NCBI GenBank assembly: GCA_035286595.1
Contig: DATEDA010000069.1
Coordinates: forward strand, 10,497-74,496
DNA length: 64,000 nucleotides
DNA from: Burkholderiales bacterium
Lineage (GTDB): Bacteria; Pseudomonadota; Gammaproteobacteria; Burkholderiales; SG8-39
Direction: 5' to 3'
The notes under the pieces are model-generated. The model was not told where the DNA came from and ran no database searches. It saw only the letters and a program-made list of their open reading frames with translations. Position numbers and translations under genes: made by a program. Below, piece after piece: positions 40,042-49,931 of the stretch; the first letter of the stretch is position 1; every line of letters starts with the position of its first letter.

Positions 40042-43020
40042 ATGTTAGTTACCTCGATCGAAGTCCCCGAGGGGGGCACGGTGGGAAACCGAACGACTAC
40101 AACGAGACTGCTGGCCCTTCTGACGCTCGCGTTGCTGCCGTTGGACGTGCTGGCGGCCGGTCTGGGGCGGCTCGCCGTTTTGTCCGGCCTGGGTCAGCCG
40201 CTGCGCGCCGAGATCGAGGTCGTGTCCCTGCAGCGGGGCGAAGCCGAGTCGCTGAGCGCGAGGATCGCGACGCCCGACGCGTTCCGGGAAGCGGGTGTCG
40301 AGTATGGAGCGGCCGTACCGCGTGTCCGCACCGTGCTCGAGCGCCGGCCCAACGACCGGTACGTGATCGTCCTCTCGACCCCGCAGCCGGTCGAAGAACC
40401 GTTCCTCGATCTGCTCGTGGAATTGAACTGGGCCTCGGGTCGGCTCGTGCGGCAGTACACGTTCCTGCTCGATCCCGTGGACTACCGGGGGCCCCAGCCG
40501 ATCGCCGCCGCACCGTCGCGGCCTGCGACGACCGAGGTGCGGCCGGTCGAAGCGCCACGGCCCCCGGAAGTCAGCGCGGCCGCACCGGCCGCACCCGCTG
40601 TTGCGCCGCCTGCGGCGTCCGCAGAGCCGGCGCCGTCGGCGCCTGTGGCGCCACCACCCGCCGAGACGCCAGCCGCGCAAACGCCAGCCACACCGGCACC
40701 GGCACCGGCACCGGCTGCGCCAGCGTCGGCGGCGCAAGCACCGGCCGATGCGCCCAAGCTGGCGAGCGAGCCCGTCGCCACCTATGAAGTGCAGAAGGGC
40801 GACACGCTGAGCAAGGTCGCGTTGCAGTACAAACCCGAGGGCGTCACGCTGCAGCAGATGCTCGTGGCCCTTTATCGCGCGAACGAGGACGCGTTCATCC
40901 AGAAGAACATGAACCTCGTCCGCGCGGGGCGCGTGCTCACGATCCCGGACCGCGAGGCCGTCGAAGCCGTCGCCCCCGCCGATGCCGGGAAGCTCTTCGT
41001 CGCGCAATGGCAGGACTTCAACGAATACCGCGCCAAGCTCGGCGGGGCAATCGCGGCGGCGCCGGCCCAGACCGAGGCGCCGCAGCAGCGCGCGGCCGGC
41101 CGGATCACCGAGCCGCCCGAGGCGACGGCAGCCGCGCCGAAGGCCGCACCGCGCGACGAGCTGCGGGTCTCGAAGGCGGACGATGCGGCGAAGAGCGCGA
41201 AAGCCGCCGCCGCGGCCCGGGCGGACGATCTCGCGGCGCGCGAGCGCGCGCTCCAGGAAGCGAGCTCGCGCGTCGGCGACCTGGAGCGAAACGTCAAGGA
41301 TCTCCAAGGTCTCGTCGAACTGAAGAACAAGCAGCTTGCCGACTTGCAGAAGCAGGCGGAGGCGGTGAAGGGTGCAGCGGCGAAGGCCACCGACGCTGAA
41401 GCCGCGAAGGCGGCGGCGGCGAAGGCCACCGCAGCGGCGAAGGCCACCGACGCTGAAGCCGCGAAGGCGGCGGCGGCGAAAGTCGCCGAGGCGGAGGCCG
41501 CGAAGGCTGCAGCGGCGAAGGCCACCGCGGCGGAGGCCGCGAAAGCCGCCGCAGCGGCGGCTGCCAAGGCGCCCGAGCCGGCGAAGGCCGTCGAGGTCGC
41601 GAAGGCGCCCGAGGCGCCCAAGGCCGCCGAGCCGGCACCGACCGCGCCCGCAAAGGCGCCCGAAGCGCCGAAAGCCGAGGCGCCCAAAGCCCCCGCGCCG
41701 CCCAAGGCTGCGGCGGCACCGAAGAAGCCCGCGCCGCCCCCGCCTCCCGAGCCGAGTCTCGTCGAAGCGATCCTGGACGAGCCGCTCTACCTCGCCGGCG
41801 GAGGGGGCGGGATCCTCGCCCTCCTGATCGGGGGGTATCTGTGGCGAAAAAAGCGCAGCGCCAAGCTGGAAAATAGCCTGCTTGGCGTGACGACCACCGA
41901 TTCGAGCTCGGTCTTCGGCAGCACTGGCGGGCGCAGCATCGACACGGGTGGCAGCTCGCTCCAGACCGACTTCAGCCAGAGCGGGATCGGCGCGATCGAC
42001 ACCGACGAGGTCGATCCGGTCGCGGAAGCGGACGTGTACATGGCCTACGGCCGCGACGCCCAGGCCGAGGAGATCCTCAAGGAAGCGCTGCTGAAGGACC
42101 CCAACCGCCAGACGGTGCGCGTGAAGCTCCTCGAGATCTACGCGGCGCGCAAGGACCTGAAGGCGTTCGAGACCACGGCCGGAGAGATCTACGCCGCGAG
42201 CGGCGGTCAGGGGCCCGAGTGGCAGAAGGCGATCGAGCTCGGGCTCTCGATCGACCCGAGCAATCCGATGTACGGCGGGGGCGGCGGCCGGCGGGAGGCT
42301 GGTGGCCGCCCGCCCGAGCGCGACACCGTGGTGCTCCCGGCCGCCGGTGGCGCAGCGGCCGCGATGGCGAGCGACCTCGCGTTCGACCTGGCCGGTAGCA
42401 AGGCACCGCCGTCGATCGACTTCGATCTGGGTGGCGGGGGCCGGGGTGCCGCCGCGGCAGTGCCCGACCTCGCGCTCGACGTGGCGAGCCAGGCGCCGGC
42501 GGATCTCGGCTTCGACCTCAACCTCGGTGGCGACTCGCAGAAGCCCGCCGTCGAGGAGGCGAGCGATTTCTCCCCGAGCGGCACGTTCATCATGGACGCG
42601 GCCACGAAGAAAGCGGTCAGCGACATGGTCGAGGCGCAGGGCGCGCCCGGGTCACTCGAGATCGATTTCGAGCTGCCGGGGACGAAGGGCGGCGCGACGC
42701 CCGGGGAGCAGACCGCCAGGATGCAGGCCGCACAGCCGGCCAACGTCACCGAGATCGACTTCAAGCTCGGTGAGCCGACCAAGCCGGCCGCGGCCGCAAT
42801 GGATCTCGGCGGGATCAGTTTCGATCTCGGCAAGGGCGGCGGCGAGGGTGCGCCGGTCGACGCCCGCTGGCAGGAGGTGGCCACCAAGCTCGACCTCGCC
42901 AAGGCGTACGAGGAGATGGGGGACAAGGATGGTGCGCGCGAGCTGCTGAACGAGGTCCTGAAGGAGGGCGACGCGGCCCAGCAGCAGCAGGCGAAGCAGA
43001 TGCTCGCGGCAATCAGGTAG
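40042..43020 (+). CDS. fimV: FimV/HubP-family polar peptidoglycan-binding protein
   Basis: 992 aa track ORF; GTG 40081 (preceded by GAGGGG) is the more likely start. FimV N-terminal motif LGRLAVLSGLGQPLRAEIEV. LysM (YEVQKGDTLSKVA...AGRVLTIP). A/K/P/E-rich repeats. One TM segment. FimV C-terminal motif LDLAKAYEEMGDKDGARELL. Confidence 0.9.
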   Translation: MLVTSIEVPEGGTVGNRTTTTRLLALLTLALLPLDVLAAGLGRLAVLSGLGQPLRAEIEVVSLQRGEAESLSARIATPDAFREAGVEYGAAVPRVRTVLERRPNDRYVIVLSTPQPVEEPFLDLLVELNWASGRLVRQYTFLLDPVDYRGPQPIAAAPSRPATTEVRPVEAPRPPEVSAAAPAAPAVAPPAASAEPAPSAPVAPPPAETPAAQTPATPAPAPAPAAPASAAQAPADAPKLASEPVATYEVQKGDTLSKVALQYKPEGVTLQQMLVALYRANEDAFIQKNMNLVRAGRVLTIPDREAVEAVAPADAGKLFVAQWQDFNEYRAKLGGAIAAAPAQTEAPQQRAAGRITEPPEATAAAPKAAPRDELRVSKADDAAKSAKAAAAARADDLAARERALQEASSRVGDLERNVKDLQGLVELKNKQLADLQKQAEAVKGAAAKATDAEAAKAAAAKATAAAKATDAEAAKAAAAKVAEAEAAKAAAAKATAAEAAKAAAAAAAKAPEPAKAVEVAKAPEAPKAAEPAPTAPAKAPEAPKAEAPKAPAPPKAAAAPKKPAPPPPPEPSLVEAILDEPLYLAGGGGGILALLIGGYLWRKKRSAKLENSLLGVTTTDSSSVFGSTGGRSIDTGGSSLQTDFSQSGIGAIDTDEVDPVAEADVYMAYGRDAQAEEILKEALLKDPNRQTVRVKLLEIYAARKDLKAFETTAGEIYAASGGQGPEWQKAIELGLSIDPSNPMYGGGGGRREAGGRPPERDTVVLPAAGGAAAAMASDLAFDLAGSKAPPSIDFDLGGGGRGAAAAVPDLALDVASQAPADLGFDLNLGGDSQKPAVEEASDFSPSGTFIMDAATKKAVSDMVEAQGAPGSLEIDFELPGTKGGATPGEQTARMQAAQPANVTEIDFKLGEPTKPAAAAMDLGGISFDLGKGGGEGAPVDARWQEVATKLDLAKAYEEMGDKDGARELLNEVLKEGDAAQQQQAKQMLAAIR
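41374..41487 (+). repeat. 57-bp tandem duplication inside fimV (19-aa unit AAAKATDAEAAKAAAAKAT)
   Basis: Units at 41374-41430 and 41431-41487 are identical over the first 51 nt. Degenerate A/K/E copies continue to about 41570. Confidence 0.75.
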
Positions 43021-43043
43021 ACGACTGCTTCGCAGACTGTCCC

Positions 43044-43067
43044 CGAAGGCCGCATCCGCGGCCTTCG
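43044..43067 (+). terminator. Hairpin downstream of fimV (10-bp stem, 4-nt loop)
   Basis: CGAAGGCCGC atcc GCGGCCTTCG lies 24 nt after the fimV stop. The downstream tract is only weakly T-rich (tccgttctgg). Confidence 0.45.
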
Positions 43068-43088
43068 TCCGTTCTGGATGAAACCGAA

Positions 43089-43892
43089 TTGAGAATCGCG
43101 ATCGGGGTCGCTTACGACGGGCGGACCTGCGCCGGCTGGCAGTCGCAGCCCGGCGGTAACACGATCCAGGACCGCCTCGAAGCCGCGCTCGCGGCGATCG
43201 CGAACGCGCCAGTGCGCGCCGCGGCGGCGGGACGGACCGACGCCGGCGTGCACGCGACCGGGCAGGTCGCCCACTTCGACACCGAGGCGGAGCGACCGGA
43301 GACCGCCTGGGTCCGCGGCGTCAACGCGCAGCTCCCGGAGGCGATCGCGGTGCAATGGGCCCGAGCGGTCGAGCCCGACTTCCATGCGCGCTACTCGGCG
43401 ACGAGCCGCAGCTATGCCTACGTCCTGTACAACCATCCGGTCCGCCCGTCGGTCTTCGGCGGCCGGACCGGATGGTTCCACTTGCCGCTCGACGTCGACC
43501 GGATGCGCGCGGCCGCCGACGCGCTGGTCGGCGAGCACGACTTCAGCGCGTTCCGTTCCGCGGAGTGCCAGGCGAAGAGTCCGGTGCGCGTGCTCATGCG
43601 CGTGGCGGTCGAACGGCAGGGCGAGTACGTCGTCTTCAAGTTCACCGCCAACGCGTTCCTGCATCACATGGTGCGGAACCTCGTCGGCTGCCTCGTCCAG
43701 ACCGGGAAAGGCGCCCATCCGCCCGAGTGGGTCGCGGAAGTGCTCGGCGGTCGCGACCGCCGGCTCGCGGCGCCGACCTTCGGACCCGAAGGACTCTACC
43801 TCACGCGTGTGACGTACCCGGAACGCTGGAACCTGCCGCGGTTCGCGCCTATGCTCCCGCTCTTCTCCGAGCCGCACCCGGATTGCGCATGA
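43089..43892 (+). CDS. truA: tRNA pseudouridine(38-40) synthase
   Basis: 267 aa with IAIGVAYDGRTCAGWQSQP, GRTDAGVHATGQVAHF and FLHHMVRNLVG. TTG start per the ORF track. Confidence 0.95.
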   Translation: MRIAIGVAYDGRTCAGWQSQPGGNTIQDRLEAALAAIANAPVRAAAAGRTDAGVHATGQVAHFDTEAERPETAWVRGVNAQLPEAIAVQWARAVEPDFHARYSATSRSYAYVLYNHPVRPSVFGGRTGWFHLPLDVDRMRAAADALVGEHDFSAFRSAECQAKSPVRVLMRVAVERQGEYVVFKFTANAFLHHMVRNLVGCLVQTGKGAHPPEWVAEVLGGRDRRLAAPTFGPEGLYLTRVTYPERWNLPRFAPMLPLFSEPHPDCA

Positions 43893-44512
43893 GGACGAGA
43901 GTCAAGATCTGCGGCATCACGTCGGTCGCCGACGGTCTGGCCGCGGCGCGGGCTGGCGCCGACGCGATCGGGCTCATCTTCTATCCGCCGAGCCCACGCC
44001 TCGTCACGCTCGGGCGGGCGGCAGAAATCGCCGCCGGCCTGCCGCCCTTCGTCGCCCGCGTGGCGGTATTCGTGAACCCTTCTCCGGAGCACGTGGCCGA
44101 GGTGGTCGCCGCGTGCCGGCCGGGTCTCCTGCAGTTCCACGGCGAAGAGACCCCGATGTTCTGCCGGAGTTTCGGCATCCCGTACCTGCGGGCGGTGCGG
44201 GTGAGATCCGGGGTCGATTTGCTAGAATCCCTGGCTGCTTATGAGGATGCCGCGGGCTGGTTGCTCGACGCTTATCGTGACGACCTGTACGGCGGCACCG
44301 GCGAGGCCTTCGACTGGAACCTGATCCCGCAGCGCCTCGCCCGTCCGGTGATCCTTTCGGGGGGGCTCGATGCCGAGAACGTGGGTGAGGCGGTCCGCCG
44401 CGTGCGGCCGTGGGCGGTCGACGTCTCGAGCGGGGTCGAGTCGGCGAAGGGTATGAAGGACGGGCGGCTGATCGCCGCGTTCATCGCTGGAGTCCGCAAT
44501 GCAGATGCATGA
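43889..44512 (+). CDS. trpF: Phosphoribosylanthranilate isomerase
   Basis: ATG 43889 overlaps the truA stop as ATGA. Motifs VKICGIT and [16 protein letters not shown]-terminal part VDVSSGVE. Confidence 0.95.
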   Translation: MRTRVKICGITSVADGLAAARAGADAIGLIFYPPSPRLVTLGRAAEIAAGLPPFVARVAVFVNPSPEHVAEVVAACRPGLLQFHGEETPMFCRSFGIPYLRAVRVRSGVDLLESLAAYEDAAGWLLDAYRDDLYGGTGEAFDWNLIPQRLARPVILSGGLDAENVGEAVRRVRPWAVDVSSGVESAKGMKDGRLIAAFIAGVRNADA

Positions 44513-45698
44513 TCTTCCGGACAGTCGCGGGCACTTCGGGCCCTACGGCGGCGTCTTCGTCGCCGAGACGCTCGTTCACGCGCTCGACGAGTTGCGCGCC
44601 GCCTACGAGCGCCACCGCAAGGATCCCGAGTTCGTCGCCGAGCTCCGCTACGACCTGAAGCATTACGTCGGCCGCCCGAGCCCGGTATACCACGCCAAGC
44701 GCTGGTCGCAGCTGCTCGGCGGCGCGCAGGTGTTCCTCAAGCGCGAGGACCTGAACCACACCGGCGCGCACAAGATCAACAACACCGTCGGCCAGGCGCT
44801 GCTCGCGCGGCGCATGGGCAAACCGCGCGTGATCGCCGAGACCGGCGCCGGGATGCACGGCGTCGCGGCTGCCACCGTCGCCGCGCGTTACGACATGGAA
44901 TGCGTGGTGTACATGGGGGCGGAGGACGTCAAGCGTCAGGCGGCGAACGTCTACCGGATGAAGGCCCTCGGCGCCACCGTCGTGCCGGTCGAGTCGGGCT
45001 CGAAAACGCTCAAGGATGCGCTGAACGAGGCGATGCGCGACTGGGTGACGAACGTCCACAACACGTTCTACATCATCGGCACCGTCGCCGGTCCGCATCC
45101 GTACCCGATGATGGTGCGCGACTTCCAGCGCGTGATCGGACGCGAGTGCCTCGAGCAGATGCCCGAGGTCGCCGGCCGCCAGCCCGATGCCGTCATCGCG
45201 TGCGTCGGCGGCGGGTCCAACGCGATCGGCATCTTCTACGACTACATTCCGCATGCGAACGTGCGCCTGATCGGCGTCGAGGCGGGCGGCTGCGGCCTCG
45301 CGACCGGCAAGCACGCGGCCTCGCTCAACGCCGGGAAGCCGGGCGTGCTCCACGGCAACCGCACCTACCTGCTGCAGGACGAGCACGGCCAGATCATCGA
45401 GACGCACTCGATCTCGGCCGGGCTCGATTACCCGGGCGTCGGGCCCGAGCACGCGTGGCTGAAGGACTCGGGGCGCGCCGAGTACGTCACGATCGACGAC
45501 GACGAGGCGCTGAAGGCGTTCCATGACTGCTGCCACTACGAGGGGATCATCCCCGCGCTCGAGTCGTGCCACGCGCTCGCCTACGCGGCCAAGATCGCGC
45601 CGACCATGGCGCGTGACCGGATCCTGCTGGTGAACCTGTCCGGGCGCGGCGACAAGGACATGCACACCGTCGCCGAGAGATCGGGAATCAAGCTCTAG
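44499..45698 (+). CDS. trpB: Tryptophan synthase beta chain
   Basis: 399 aa with [19 protein letters not shown] and GGGSNAIG. Overlaps trpF by 14 nt. Confidence 0.97.
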   Translation: MQMHDLPDSRGHFGPYGGVFVAETLVHALDELRAAYERHRKDPEFVAELRYDLKHYVGRPSPVYHAKRWSQLLGGAQVFLKREDLNHTGAHKINNTVGQALLARRMGKPRVIAETGAGMHGVAAATVAARYDMECVVYMGAEDVKRQAANVYRMKALGATVVPVESGSKTLKDALNEAMRDWVTNVHNTFYIIGTVAGPHPYPMMVRDFQRVIGRECLEQMPEVAGRQPDAVIACVGGGSNAIGIFYDYIPHANVRLIGVEAGGCGLATGKHAASLNAGKPGVLHGNRTYLLQDEHGQIIETHSISAGLDYPGVGPEHAWLKDSGRAEYVTIDDDEALKAFHDCCHYEGIIPALESCHALAYAAKIAPTMARDRILLVNLSGRGDKDMHTVAERSGIKL

Positions 45699-45706
45699 CT
45701 AGGCCG

Positions 45707-46534
45707 ATGTCCCGCATCTCGACCATCTTCGAGCACCTCGCGCGCGCCCGGCGCAAGGCCCTCATCCCGTTCATTACCGCGGGCGATCCGTCGCCGCCGG
45801 CGACGGTGCCGCTCATGCACGCGCTCGTGAAGGCCGGGGCCGATGTCATCGAGCTCGGCGTGCCGTTCTCCGACCCGATGGCCGACGGGCCGGTGATCCA
45901 GCGCTCGAGCGAGCGCGCCCTGAGGCACGGAATCAGCCTGGAGACGGTGCTTGGCTACGCCACGGAGTTCCGGAAGCGCGACGACGCGACCGGCATCGTG
46001 CTCTTCGGCTATGCGAATCCGATCGAGGCGATGGGCGTCGAGCGGTTCGTCGAGCGCTCGCGCGCGGCGGGAGTCGACGGCGTTTTGGTCGTGGACTACC
46101 CGCCGGAGGAGTGCGGCCCGTTCGCGGAGTTGGTGAAGAAGAATGGAATGGATCTCATTTTCCTTCTCGCCCCCACCTCCACCGAATCGCGCATCGAGCG
46201 GATTGTCGGCCTGGCGAGCGGCTACATCTACTACGTCTCCCTGCGCGGGGTCACCGGCGCGTCGCACCTCGACGTTGCCGACGTCGCGGCCAGGCTCGCC
46301 GCGATCCGCCGCAAGACCTCGCTTCCGGTCGGCGTCGGTTTCGGGATTCGCGACGGCGAGACCGCGCGCGCGGTCGGTGCGGTGGCCGACGCGGTGGTGA
46401 TCGGCAGCCGTCTGATTCAGGAGATGGAGGAAGCGCCGCCCGGCGCAGCGATCGAGCGCGCGGGCGCGTTCCTCGCCGGGATCCGTCGGGCGCTCGACGG
46501 CGCGGCGCAGGTTGCGGCGAGGGTAGTCCAATGA
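45707..46534 (+). CDS. trpA: Tryptophan synthase alpha chain
   Basis: 275 aa with [31 protein letters not shown] and VSLRGVTG. The last 6 codons and the stop lie in repeat-element sequence. Confidence 0.95.
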   Translation: MSRISTIFEHLARARRKALIPFITAGDPSPPATVPLMHALVKAGADVIELGVPFSDPMADGPVIQRSSERALRHGISLETVLGYATEFRKRDDATGIVLFGYANPIEAMGVERFVERSRAAGVDGVLVVDYPPEECGPFAELVKKNGMDLIFLLAPTSTESRIERIVGLASGYIYYVSLRGVTGASHLDVADVAARLAAIRRKTSLPVGVGFGIRDGETARAVGAVADAVVIGSRLIQEMEEAPPGAAIERAGAFLAGIRRALDGAAQVAARVVQ

Positions 46535-46589
46535 GCCCGCCGGGCCGCCCCAAGGGCGAATCCCGAGCGCGTAGCGCGAGGGCAGTCGA

Positions 46590-46593
<4 letters not shown>
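46517..46593 (+). repeat. Partial unit plus one full ~60-nt repeat unit at the trpA/accD junction
   Basis: GCGAGGGTAGTCCAATGAGCCCGCCGGGCCGCCCCAAGGGCGAATCCCGAGCGCGTAGCGCGAGGGCAGTCGAATGA. Same family as 1756-1817 and 15577-15704. Confidence 0.9.
46531..46593 (+). CDS. Candidate repeat-encoded mini-ORF (20 aa, [20 protein letters not shown])
   Basis: Its ATG overlaps the trpA TGA as ATGA, and its TGA overlaps the accD ATG as ATGA. Translation is unproven. Confidence 0.3.
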
Positions 46594-47453
<860 letters not shown>

Positions 47454-47480
47454 GAACGCACCGGTTCTCCGCGTCGGCTG

Positions 47481-48758
47481 ATGGACCTCGCCGGCTGGCT
47501 CGCGTACATCGAGCGGCAGCACCCGCAGGCGATCGCGCTCGGGCTCGACCGGGTGCGGGCGGTGCTCGACCGGCTCGCGACCCCGAAGCCCTGCCCGATC
47601 CTCACCGTGGGCGGCACCAACGGCAAGGGATCGACCTGCGCCGTGATCGAGTCGATCCTGCTCGCCGCCGGCTACCGCGTGGGCTGCTACACCTCGCCGC
47701 ATCTCCTGCGCTACAACGAGCGGGTGCGGGTGAACGGCCGCGAGGCCGACGACGCCGCGCTCGCTGCGGCGTTCCAGGAGATCGACGCCGCCCGTGGCGG
47801 CACCGCGTTGACGTACTTCGAGTTCGGCACGCTCGCGGCATGGCTTATCTTCGCGCGCGCGAAACCCGACGCGCTGGTGCTCGAGATCGGACTCGGCGGC
47901 CGGCTCGATGCGGTGAACGCGTTCGAGCCCGACTGCGCGGTCCTCACCAGCGTCGCGCTCGATCACCACGAGTACCTCGGCGATACGCGCGAGACGATCG
48001 GCTGGGAGAAGGCGCATATCTTCCGGCCCGCAACGCCCGCCGTTGTCGGTGATCCGACCCCGCCGCAGACCGTGCTCGACCACGCGCGCGAGATCGGGGC
48101 GAGCCTCCAGCTGATTGGCCGGGATTTCGGCTACCACGCCGAGCCTCGACAGTGGCGGTACTTCGGACCCGGCGGGGCGCGGTCGGGGCTCGCCTACCCC
48201 GCGCTGCGTGGGGCAAGACAGCTCGCGAACGCGGCCTGCGCCATCGCCGCGCTCGACAGCCTCCGCGAACGGCTGCCGTTGGGGGTGCAGGACATCCGCC
48301 GCGGGCTCGCCGCGATCGAACTCCCGGGGCGCTTCCAGGTCCTGCCCGGGCGCCCTACGGTCGTCCTGGACGTCGCTCACAACCCCGAGGCTGCGGCGGT
48401 GCTGGCGGAGAGCCTCGCCGGGATGGAGCGGTACCGGCGCACGCTCGCCGTCATCGGGATGCTGCGCGACAAGGACATCCCGGAAGTGTGCCGGGCATTG
48501 CGCGGCCGGATCGATCGCTGGTACGCCGCGACCCTCGACAACCCGCGCGGCGCCACCGCCGAGGAGGTCGAGCAGGGGATCGTCCGCAGCGGCGCCGGCG
48601 GCGAGGTCCGGCGCTTCGCGTCGCCTCGCGAAGCGCTCGCTGCGGCGCAGGAAGACGCCGGGGAAGGTGATAGAATCGTCGCGTTTGGTTCCTTCTACAC
48701 CGTGGCGGAGGTGATGGCCGCGCGCGCCGCGACACCGCGGAGCCCAGATGCGAGGTAA
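47481..48758 (+). CDS. folC: Bifunctional folylpolyglutamate synthase / dihydrofolate synthase
   Basis: 425 aa with P-loop VGGTNGKGST, LTYFEFGT and VLDVAHNPEAA. Confidence 0.95.
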   Translation: MDLAGWLAYIERQHPQAIALGLDRVRAVLDRLATPKPCPILTVGGTNGKGSTCAVIESILLAAGYRVGCYTSPHLLRYNERVRVNGREADDAALAAAFQEIDAARGGTALTYFEFGTLAAWLIFARAKPDALVLEIGLGGRLDAVNAFEPDCAVLTSVALDHHEYLGDTRETIGWEKAHIFRPATPAVVGDPTPPQTVLDHAREIGASLQLIGRDFGYHAEPRQWRYFGPGGARSGLAYPALRGARQLANAACAIAALDSLRERLPLGVQDIRRGLAAIELPGRFQVLPGRPTVVLDVAHNPEAAAVLAESLAGMERYRRTLAVIGMLRDKDIPEVCRALRGRIDRWYAATLDNPRGATAEEVEQGIVRSGAGGEVRRFASPREALAAAQEDAGEGDRIVAFGSFYTVAEVMAARAATPRSPDAR

Positions 48759-49407
48759 CGACGAGGCGCTCGAGCTGCGACGACGGGCGCGGCGGCGCCT
48801 CATCGGTGCGATCGCGGTAGTGCTGGCACTGGTGCTCATCCCGCCCTGGGTGATGGATCTCGAGCCCAAGCCGGTCGTCACCAACCTCACGGTCGAAATC
48901 CCCAAGCAGCAACCGGGCGGGCTGAAGCTTCCGACGGCGCCCGCGGGAGCGCCGGCGAAGGCGCCCGATGCCGCCGCTGCGTCTGGCGCGCGGACCGCGG
49001 CGAGCGAGGCAATCCCGCGACCCCCGGACGTCAAGCCCGAATCGGGCCTCCCGGGTGAGCGGCCGAATGCAGCGACGCCGGCGCCGAAAGCGGCGGCGGT
49101 GGCCCGGGCGGCGCCGAGCGATGCCGCCCACAAGGAGGCCGAAGCGAAGCGGGCCGAGGCCATCCTCAACGCCGATGCCTTCGTCGTGCCGCTGGGCGCG
49201 TTCGCCAACCGGGAGAACGTGAAGCAGCTGGAGGCGAAGCTCTCCAAGGCCGGCGTCAAGTACTTCACCGAGACCGTCAGCACAGCCGGTGGAGAGCAGA
49301 CCCGGGTGCGGGCCGGACCCTTCCCGACCAAGGACGCGGCGGAGGGGGCCCGGGAGCGGCTCAAGACCCTGGGCCTGAGCCCGGGGGCGGTGGTCGAGCG
49401 GCAATGA
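48748..49407 (+). CDS. SPOR-domain cell-division protein (DedD-like)
   Basis: 219 aa. N-terminal TM segment, P/A-rich linker, and a C-terminal SPOR domain (FVVPLGAFANRENVKQLEAKL...RVRAGPFPTKDAAEGARERL). Confidence 0.85.
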   Translation: MRGNDEALELRRRARRRLIGAIAVVLALVLIPPWVMDLEPKPVVTNLTVEIPKQQPGGLKLPTAPAGAPAKAPDAAAASGARTAASEAIPRPPDVKPESGLPGERPNAATPAPKAAAVARAAPSDAAHKEAEAKRAEAILNADAFVVPLGAFANRENVKQLEAKLSKAGVKYFTETVSTAGGEQTRVRAGPFPTKDAAEGARERLKTLGLSPGAVVERQ

Positions 49408-49898
49408 CCGGGTTCGACTACGGTGTGCTGGCCGTGCTCGGGCTCTCGGCGGTGATCGGCATCTGGCGCGGGCTCCTGCGCGAAGTGTTCGCGCTCGCCG
49501 CGTGGATCGCCGCGACCCTGGCCGCGATGCTTTTCGCCGGCGAGGTCGCGGCCATGCTGCCAGCGAGCTTCGCGACGCCGCTGGCGCGCGCGGTCATCGC
49601 CGTGATCGTGCTGTTCCTCGCCGTGCTGATGGCGGTCAGTCTCGGGGGGGTGTTCGCGTCGCGGCTCGCGCGGGCCGTGGGCTTGAGCTTTGCCGACCGG
49701 ACGCTGGGCGCGGTCTTCGGAATTGCCCGCGGCGCCCTCATCTTGGTCGTGCTGGTGCTGGCGGCCGGGCTGACGGCGCTGCCGAAGGAGCCGTTCTGGC
49801 GCGAGGCGAAGCTCTCCGCGCCACTCGAGACGGCGGCGATCGCCGTGAAACCGTACCTGCCCCGGGCGGTGGCCGACCGAGTGCGATACGAGCGCTGA
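49404..49898 (+). CDS. cvpA: CvpA family membrane protein (colicin V production)
   Basis: 164 aa with 4 TM segments, N-terminus FDYGVLAVLGLSAVIGIWRG and conserved synteny before purF. ATGA overlap with the SPOR gene. Confidence 0.9.
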   Translation: MTGFDYGVLAVLGLSAVIGIWRGLLREVFALAAWIAATLAAMLFAGEVAAMLPASFATPLARAVIAVIVLFLAVLMAVSLGGVFASRLARAVGLSFADRTLGAVFGIARGALILVVLVLAAGLTALPKEPFWREAKLSAPLETAAIAVKPYLPRAVADRVRYER

Positions 49899-49931
49899 CG
49901 GGGCGCGCGAAATGATGCGAGGAGCAAGGCG

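Noticed and set aside
41374-41570. Direct repeats that could be mistaken for a CRISPR array
   Set aside because: They are contiguous with no spacers, in frame inside fimV, and encode an Ala/Lys repeat. No cas genes are present.
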